A stretch of DNA of 64,000 bases, taken from NCBI GenBank assembly GCA_036267715.1, contig DATAVN010000042.1, positions 16,887-80,886 of the forward strand. The letters run 5' to 3'. The DNA is from Steroidobacteraceae bacterium (lineage in GTDB: Bacteria; Pseudomonadota; Gammaproteobacteria; Steroidobacterales; Steroidobacteraceae). Positions within the stretch are counted from its first letter, which is position 1; every line of letters starts with the position of its first letter. The notes beneath the pieces were generated by a model. It worked only from the letters and a program-made list of their open reading frames with translations. It did not search any database and was not told the DNA's origin. Shown here piece after piece: positions 58,062 to 64,000 of this stretch. Position numbers and translations under genes: made by a program.

Positions 58062-59912
58062 CTAACTCTGCGCCGGCGCCGGCGCCGGCGGTTTCGCACC
58101 CAGCAGGTCCACCGCCTGTTGATAGAGCTTGGCACGCACCATGAATCGCTCGTTCGCCCGCGTGATGTAGCGTACGGCGATTTCCACGCCGCCGACCACG
58201 GGTTTCACGCTCACACCGGGCGTACCTGAGAAGGCCTTGCCGCGCTGCGCCGGGACTGCGCGCTGCCATTCCTGCTCGGCTTGGCGGGAGCTGTCGGCGG
58301 TAGCCTCCACGACCTGCTTGGTGATGGAATCGACGATCGGATAAGGATCGCGCCCGATCGGCACCACCAGCTGCAATTCGTCCCACAGCCACTGGCCGGA
58401 AGTGGAGAAATTGAAATAGTGGCCTTCGATGGCGAAGCTATTGGTGAAGGTGACCCGTCTTCCGGTCGGATGCCCCGAGTCGCTCCAATTGCCGGTCTCC
58501 AGCAGAACAGTGTGGAACATGCCGAGTTCCGTGACTTCGCCGCTGACGCCGTTGATTTCGACCCAATCGCCGAGGCGGATGCCGTTACGGCCCATCAGCA
58601 CCAGCCATCCGAAGAACGCGACGATGAAATCCTTGAGCGCGACCGTCAGGCCTGCACCGACGATGCCGATCGTGGTGGCAAACTGGCTCGGCATCCCTAG
58701 GACTATCAGCAGGATGATGAGCACGGCGACGACGCGCAGGCTCACGCGCGTAATGCTGCGCAAAGTCTCGACCTGTCGGCGATCCAGCTTGGGGCCATCG
58801 AGCAGCCGCTGCAGCCAGGTGTCGAGCAATAACACCAAGATCAACACGCCGATGACGATCAAAGCATCGAGCAGCATGTCATGCGCGAGGACTCGAGATT
58901 GCAGCGCCACCAGCGATGACCACTGATCGTAGACGCGTGCGAGCTGGTTTTGGTCTGCGATGCGTTTATTGATCAGGGTCAGGATCGTTTGGTCGGCAAC
59001 GATCGCCTTGGTGCGGCCGACCAGGGTGGCGGCATCCTCATGTGTCTGCAATTCCTGCTGCACCGGCGCTGACGGTGTGGCAGCGTCCTTGGCCGCTTTT
59101 GTGTGCCGGGCGAGTTCTGGAATGCTCCCCTTGGTGCTCTCGAGCCCGGTGGCCAGGGTTGCATGCCGCTCACTGAGTGCTCGCGCCTTCTGCTGAGCTC
59201 TGCTGCGCGCTTCGTCCAGCTGCTGCTGCTTTTGTCTGATCCCGCGCCAGTCGCGAAATTTTCCAATGGAACCCTGCTGATTTTGCGTCGTCGCGGTTTT
59301 GGCGGCCAGCGTGGTTGGGTGCGACTTGGTCTGCGCATCATGTTCCTGCACCATCGCTTCGATTCGCTGGCGCGGATTGCCTCCGGCCTCGGTCAGATTC
59401 TGATTGGCCTCATCCAGTTCGTCCTTGTCCAGTTCCAGCTGCGACTGCACAAGGTCCAATTGATCCTGGAGCTTGTCCTTTTGACCGGCCTTGGCCTGGG
59501 CAAGCGCAGCGGTCAGCTCATTGACGCGCTGCTGATCGGCAGTAGACAGCGCCTGCGATTTGTTGATGCGTCCTTGAATTGCCGCGGCTTGCGCGTTCAG
59601 AGCCGGCGGGTGCGCTTCGACATCTCTGAGCGCTTCGGTAAATGCCAGGTCGAGTTCATGGTCGGCGACTCGCAGCGCCGATTGGCCATAGTTCAGCTCT
59701 TCGGGGGCGAGCGTGAATAGTGCGAGCCGCTGCGCGGTGGCATAGGTGCTCTGATCTACCAGATCTGCGGAGGTGATCGCGGCAGTTTTGAGATTTACGG
59801 CCTGCGGCGCCGGGGGAGCCGTCTGCCACCAGGTGACGCCGGCCAGCAAGAGCAACGCGCCCAGCACCGCGAAGAGTATTTTTTCGGTGGGCTTCAATCG
59901 TTTCACGAGCAC
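58062..59912 (-). CDS. mechanosensitive ion channel (MscS family) with a long coiled-coil periplasmic N-terminal region
   Basis: ..GIRLGDWVEINGVSGEVTELGMFHTVLLE.. MscS beta-domain preceded by 3 TM segments. Confidence 0.85.
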   Translation of the reverse strand: MLVKRLKPTEKILFAVLGALLLLAGVTWWQTAPPAPQAVNLKTAAITSADLVDQSTYATAQRLALFTLAPEELNYGQSALRVADHELDLAFTEALRDVEAHPPALNAQAAAIQGRINKSQALSTADQQRVNELTAALAQAKAGQKDKLQDQLDLVQSQLELDKDELDEANQNLTEAGGNPRQRIEAMVQEHDAQTKSHPTTLAAKTATTQNQQGSIGKFRDWRGIRQKQQQLDEARSRAQQKARALSERHATLATGLESTKGSIPELARHTKAAKDAATPSAPVQQELQTHEDAATLVGRTKAIVADQTILTLINKRIADQNQLARVYDQWSSLVALQSRVLAHDMLLDALIVIGVLILVLLLDTWLQRLLDGPKLDRRQVETLRSITRVSLRVVAVLIILLIVLGMPSQFATTIGIVGAGLTVALKDFIVAFFGWLVLMGRNGIRLGDWVEINGVSGEVTELGMFHTVLLETGNWSDSGHPTGRRVTFTNSFAIEGHYFNFSTSGQWLWDELQLVVPIGRDPYPIVDSITKQVVEATADSSRQAEQEWQRAVPAQRGKAFSGTPGVSVKPVVGGVEIAVRYITRANERFMVRAKLYQQAVDLLGAKPPAPAPAQS

Positions 59913-59921
59913 CGCTCGCGG

Positions 59922-60572
59922 TTAATGCCAGCCGCTGACCGCATCTCGAGCAGCCTGGTTCAGCGGCCGCGCCACGAGGCCGCTCTGGGAAACCTTGATT
60001 TCGTACAGTGCGCCATCCGCCATGGGCAGGTATGTGGCGCTCCCGTACAGTGCATCCACCCAGGGAACCCAGCCACGATAGCGGTGCACCAACTCCCAAA
60101 GATCGACTCTGCCGGGCGGATGCAGATCGTAAACGGTACGGGGTTGATTGCGCTCATCCTCGAGTCGGGCGTAGCGGCCGCCGATTCGCTCCAGCCGGTA
60201 GGCCGCATCGAAACCGATCAGGTTGGCAAAAGCATGCCACTTGAGCACCCGGGCGTCGATCTGCCACTCATCGCCGCGCAATGCGAAGTTGGCGCGCGCT
60301 CCATCCGGATAACTCACCACGGCATCGAACTGCCGCTCTCCGGTCCTCGTCAACTGCACTTCGCCGGCGGGTTGTTCAAAGGCCAGGCGCTGATAGCTGC
60401 GCAAGCTCGTTCCAACCAGCACCGCGCAAGCAGCCGCCAGAAAGAAAATGAGCGCAGCCGCGCCGTGCGCGAGGCCGCCCACCACGCGCCTGTGCCGTAA
60501 ACGGCGGATCGCGGCGATGAGGAACAGGAACCCGACGAGTGCGCAGACGGCAATTAGTGCGGTGAATGTCAT
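59922..60572 (-). CDS. hypothetical membrane protein (2 N-terminal TM segments)
   Basis: The ORF sits in an operon-like position upstream of the MscS gene. I could not recognise a family. Confidence 0.5.
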   Translation of the reverse strand: MTFTALIAVCALVGFLFLIAAIRRLRHRRVVGGLAHGAAALIFFLAAACAVLVGTSLRSYQRLAFEQPAGEVQLTRTGERQFDAVVSYPDGARANFALRGDEWQIDARVLKWHAFANLIGFDAAYRLERIGGRYARLEDERNQPRTVYDLHPPGRVDLWELVHRYRGWVPWVDALYGSATYLPMADGALYEIKVSQSGLVARPLNQAARDAVSGWH

Positions 60573-60768
60573 GGCGAATGAGCCTTAACGGGAACCGGAA
60601 CCGAACCTCATGGGACTAACAAAACACTTAGCCCGGTTCCGGCGTCTCGTTGCAGACAGGCGTAGTTTGCTTTGTTTCCACTGATTTGCAAGTGCCGTCG
60701 CGCCCGAGCGCGCTGCGGTCATTCAGTGAACGTGGATCGCACCCGCTGCCGCGGCTGACGCGCGGCGG

Positions 60769-62379
60769 CTAGATCTTTGCGGCCGGCTTGACCAGGTTGT
60801 CGATGGCGACGGCCGGCGCGATGGCGTTCGATTGCACGAAATCCACACCGAGCGCGGTCAACCATTCCTGCTCCGCCGCGGTGTCGGTGTGTTTCGCCAC
60901 CGTGTGCATGCCGAGAACCCGCGCCATCTGCACCACGGCGGTGATTGCTGCCTGGGATACCTTGTCGGTACGCATTTTTGCCGTGAGATCCGGCGCCAGT
61001 TTGACGTAGCGGACTCCAGGCAGGCGTAGCAGCTCGAAACATTCGGTGCGCAGCGCAAAATCATCGAGTACCAGTGGGCAGCCGAGACGATGCAGCGCAA
61101 CTGCAACCCCGCTGATCTTGTCGGCGAGCGTGAGTGCGGTGGGCGCATCGATCTCGAAAGCAATCGTCCCTTTGGGCAGCGAGGATTTGACCAGGCACAG
61201 CTCGACGAATTTCATGAGGTGCTCGTCGTGCAGGGCGGTGGTGGTCAGGTTGACCGAGAACATCACCTCGTTGGCATGCCAGGCTTGCGGATGGCGCACC
61301 AGCCAGCCGATGAGTTCGGTGATCACGCGCCGGTCGATCATGGAGCCGAGGCCATTCTCGACCGCGGCCTTGAGCATTGCATGAGGCGCGGCATTGGGAG
61401 AATCCTCGGAACCCGAGCGCAGCAACACTTCGTATCTTTTCGTTTGGCTGCCCTTGCTCAAAGGGATCAACCGCTGCACGTGCAGGACGATGGGGCTCTT
61501 GCGCATCGCCGCGTTCAAGCGATCGATTTCGGGCGGCACCCCCTTTTGTGCCGGCTGTCGCTCCAATGGCTCGGCAGGGCCCACCGTAGCTGCCGCGGGA
61601 CGGGCGGGCGGAGCAGCGCCCGGGGACTGTTTGGGCCGGGCGGCGCTTACGTGGCTCACATAGGTTGCGGGACGCGAGACGGTTGCAGCATCGATGACGG
61701 GTGCGCGCACGGTGCCGCGCGAAACGATCTGCTCCAGCTGAGCCGCAATGGTCTTGGGGCCGACCGAAAGGGGCGCCGCGGCCGCCGGAGGCGGTGGTAA
61801 TGGTGTTGGTGCGCGATGCGCGGCCCGCGGCGCCGCGAGCGGGGACGGTCGCAGTGCAGCCGCCGCGGGGGCCGGGTCCGGCAGTGCAGGCGCGCGGTCC
61901 GGTCGCATCGCGGCGAATTGCACCAGCGCGCGCTGCAGTTTCGGCGTCATCAGCTTTGGTGCGCCTTGCGACACGATGCGCGTGTCCATGACGATCATGA
62001 TCAGCCCGACGATCGCACGCCGGGCGTTGACCGCCCGGACCATCACGGCGGAGCGCGCATCGCCAAGATCGAACGACAGAATGGGGGCGGCCGCGGGATT
62101 GGAGAATGCCTCCGCGGCCTCGCGTACCGCGTTGTGCTCATCGGGGCCCATCGAGCTTTCGCTCAACCACAGCACATCGCCCGCTTCGTCGTGCAGCGAA
62201 ACGGCGTGGGTACGGTTGGGTTCGACTGCCGCGCGCACCTTTTGACAAACGGCATCAAAATCAACAAGCGGACTATCCGATTGCATCAAGGGTTTGCCCT
62301 GCTCCATAGATCCGCTACTTGAGGTGAATACCGCATATCTACCGTACCGGCCCTGTCCTTGATGTGATGTCTTCGCCAA
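60769..62379 (-). CDS. EAL-domain protein with unknown N-terminal domain and a Pro/Ala-rich linker; the EAL domain appears degenerate
   Basis: YEVLLR, SVNLT, FEIDAP, LDDFALR, VKLAP, VAKHTD..FVQS in canonical EAL motif order. Start uncertain (alternative ATGs at 62307 and 62286). Confidence 0.75.
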   Translation of the reverse strand: MAKTSHQGQGRYGRYAVFTSSSGSMEQGKPLMQSDSPLVDFDAVCQKVRAAVEPNRTHAVSLHDEAGDVLWLSESSMGPDEHNAVREAAEAFSNPAAAPILSFDLGDARSAVMVRAVNARRAIVGLIMIVMDTRIVSQGAPKLMTPKLQRALVQFAAMRPDRAPALPDPAPAAAALRPSPLAAPRAAHRAPTPLPPPPAAAAPLSVGPKTIAAQLEQIVSRGTVRAPVIDAATVSRPATYVSHVSAARPKQSPGAAPPARPAAATVGPAEPLERQPAQKGVPPEIDRLNAAMRKSPIVLHVQRLIPLSKGSQTKRYEVLLRSGSEDSPNAAPHAMLKAAVENGLGSMIDRRVITELIGWLVRHPQAWHANEVMFSVNLTTTALHDEHLMKFVELCLVKSSLPKGTIAFEIDAPTALTLADKISGVAVALHRLGCPLVLDDFALRTECFELLRLPGVRYVKLAPDLTAKMRTDKVSQAAITAVVQMARVLGMHTVAKHTDTAAEQEWLTALGVDFVQSNAIAPAVAIDNLVKPAAKI

Positions 62380-62462
62380 AACACGACAGTTGGAGGTCGC
62401 GGTGCAACCGGCTTTACATATCGTCGGAAAATACGCCTGGCCGCGGGCTACACTGGCAGGCC

Positions 62463-63173
62463 ATGAGCGCCCAACCGCTTAATCGCCAGTTCAAGTACTA
62501 CGACTTCGTCATGGCCGCCTATGTCTGCGTGTTGCTGTGTTCCAATCTGATCGGACCGGCAAAAGAAACCACGATTCAGCTGCCCTTCGGCGCCAGCGTC
62601 ACCTTCCTGGCCGGCGTGCTGTTTTTCCCGATTTCGTACATTTTCGGCGATATTCTGACCGAGGTTTATGGCTACGGGCGCGATCGGCGCGTCGTATGGG
62701 CCGGATTCGCCGCGCTCGCCTTTGCCTCGATCATGGCGGCCGTGGTGGTGCATTTGCCGCCCTCGTCACGTTCGCTCGCCGACCAGCCAGCGGTGGAGAC
62801 GATTTTCGGCAATACGCCGCGCATCGTGATCGCCTCGATCATGGCATTTCTCTGCGGAACGTTCGTCAACAGCTATGTGCTGGCGAAGATGAAAATCTGG
62901 ACCAAAGGCCGCTGGCTTTGGACGCGCATCGTCGGCTCCACGCTGTGCGGCGAATTGGTCGACTCGGTGATCTTTTATCTCGTGGCCTTCTACGGCCGTA
63001 TGCCGATGACGCATTTGCTGTTGATCATGTTCACCCAATACGCGTTGAAGAGCGGTTGGGAAATCATCGCGACGCCCCTGACCTACCGGGTGGTCGGCTT
63101 CCTCAAGAAGGCCGAGCAAGAGGATTATTACGACACCGACACGAATTTCACTCCTTTCTCCCTGCAAGCTTAG
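62463..63173 (+). CDS. yhhQ: queuosine-precursor transporter (YhhQ/VUT family)
   Basis: FKYYDFVMAAYVCVLLCSNLIG.K......FG..VTFLAGVLFFPISYIFGDILTEVYGY. I chose the internal ATG at 62463. Confidence 0.85.
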   Translation: MSAQPLNRQFKYYDFVMAAYVCVLLCSNLIGPAKETTIQLPFGASVTFLAGVLFFPISYIFGDILTEVYGYGRDRRVVWAGFAALAFASIMAAVVVHLPPSSRSLADQPAVETIFGNTPRIVIASIMAFLCGTFVNSYVLAKMKIWTKGRWLWTRIVGSTLCGELVDSVIFYLVAFYGRMPMTHLLLIMFTQYALKSGWEIIATPLTYRVVGFLKKAEQEDYYDTDTNFTPFSLQA

Positions 63174-63314
63174 AACCTGCTCCGCACGCATTTGGTCGCG
63201 GCTTCGCCATCATTTGCCACGACCTCACCTCTCGAACGCCTGAATAGGGGGCCGTAATGGCTCCCCATGGGGCGGCGGTCGCCGCTCCGAGTGGCGAGGA
63301 GCGAGGAGTTTGTC

Positions 63315-64000
63315 ATGAGCACTAAACATTCCAAATATTCCAAGTGGGTGTGGACGATTGGCCTGATGAGCGTCAGCGCCGCAGCGTTCGCGGGAGACAC
63401 CAAGACGCGGCCGCCGCAGGAGCCGGCCGGATTCGTGGCCGGCGGGGTTATCGGCGCCTTTGCGGCGGGTCCCCTCGGCGCGGTCGTGGGAGCAGGCCTG
63501 GGTGCGTGGCTCGGCAACCGGGTGCATCGCGCGAGCGAGGCCAAAAAAGCGGAGGCGCAGGTTGCCCTGCTGGAAACCGACAAGTCGGAATTGCAGGCGC
63601 AGAAATCCGCACTGGTGAGCGAGAAAACCCGGCTGGCGCAGAGCAACCAGGCGTTGAGCGCCAAGCTCGATGATCTCTCGCAGAAGGTCCAGACGGTACA
63701 AGCCGCGAAAGAGGATGCTTCGCAGGTGCTCGACGGATTGCAGGGCGATGTGCTGTTCCGCACCGGCAGCGCGGAAATTACCGCGGATATAGCCCATCAA
63801 ATTCAGGTGCTCGCGCAGGCCGTGTCCAAGTCGCCGGAATTGAAAATCCGCGTGGACGGATACGCGGATCCGCGCGGTACGGTCGATACCAACCTGAAGC
63901 TCTCCCAGGAGCGGGCCAATGCGGTGCGCGACCTGCTGCTCGCTTCAGGCATTGGCGATGAAGCGCTCGAAGTCAATGCCTACGGTAAGAGTCAGAGCAC
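63315..64000 (+). CDS. OmpA-family protein (signal peptide, Gly-zipper, coiled coil, OmpA-like domain); 3' end lies outside the window
   Basis: Not in the supplied ORF track because no stop codon falls inside the window. My own translation reads MSTKHSKYSKWVWTIGLMSVSAAAFA..GVIGAFAAGPLGAVVGAGLGAWLG..VLFRTGSAEIT..IRVDGYADPRGT..NLKLSQERANAVRDLL. Confidence 0.8.
   Translation, partial: MSTKHSKYSKWVWTIGLMSVSAAAFAGDTKTRPPQEPAGFVAGGVIGAFAAGPLGAVVGAGLGAWLGNRVHRASEAKKAEAQVALLETDKSELQAQKSALVSEKTRLAQSNQALSAKLDDLSQKVQTVQAAKEDASQVLDGLQGDVLFRTGSAEITADIAHQIQVLAQAVSKSPELKIRVDGYADPRGTVDTNLKLSQERANAVRDLLLASGIGDEALEVNAYGKSQS

Noticed and set aside
62380-62462. preQ1 riboswitch upstream of yhhQ
   Set aside because: YhhQ genes are sometimes riboswitch-controlled, but I could not see the preQ1-I/II conserved core or a convincing pseudoknot in this 83-nt leader. 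It needs an Infernal/Rfam scan.

Overview
This is a high-GC chromosomal segment. Its gene order looks gammaproteobacterial: hisS-yfgM-bamB-der, divergent xseA/guaBA, and convergent tadA/mltF. Core housekeeping blocks alternate with accessory DNA.

(1) A 7.5 kb block lies between der and xseA. It holds a DUF748 giant protein, a sigma54-type amtB without glnK, an SPFH protein, two tandem bactofilins and a convergent M23 peptidase.

(2) A ~4.6 kb integrase-less islet sits directly downstream of guaA (15738-20348), bounded by 41-bp imperfect direct repeats. It carries an AlpA-like gene, an ArsR-desaturase-SRPBCC operon, a Fic-type 'mobile mystery protein A/B' pair and an AT-rich region with 10-bp phased repeats.

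(3) A ~14.6 kb island is integrated in tRNA-Ser(CGA) (31565-46205), with a 21-bp att duplication and intact integrase and excisionase genes. Its cargo includes a cNMP-binding TrxR fusion, DUF1993 x2, a PEP-mutase-like protein, TetR, MGMT, a TRASH-hydrolase fusion, AraC, a second hydrolase and an SDR. It also contains five decayed genes and a 20-bp operator-like motif present four times upstream of cargo genes.

(4) Beyond attR lie a TIR-TM-TPR protein, a second decayed excisionase gene and two ATPase-less FtsX/MacB-type permeases.

(5) At tRNA-Thr(UGU), two ~177-bp structured tandem units each end in a copy of the tRNA's last 16 nt.

No CRISPR array, rRNA or obvious IS element was seen. All family calls come from motif recognition by eye; no database search was possible.
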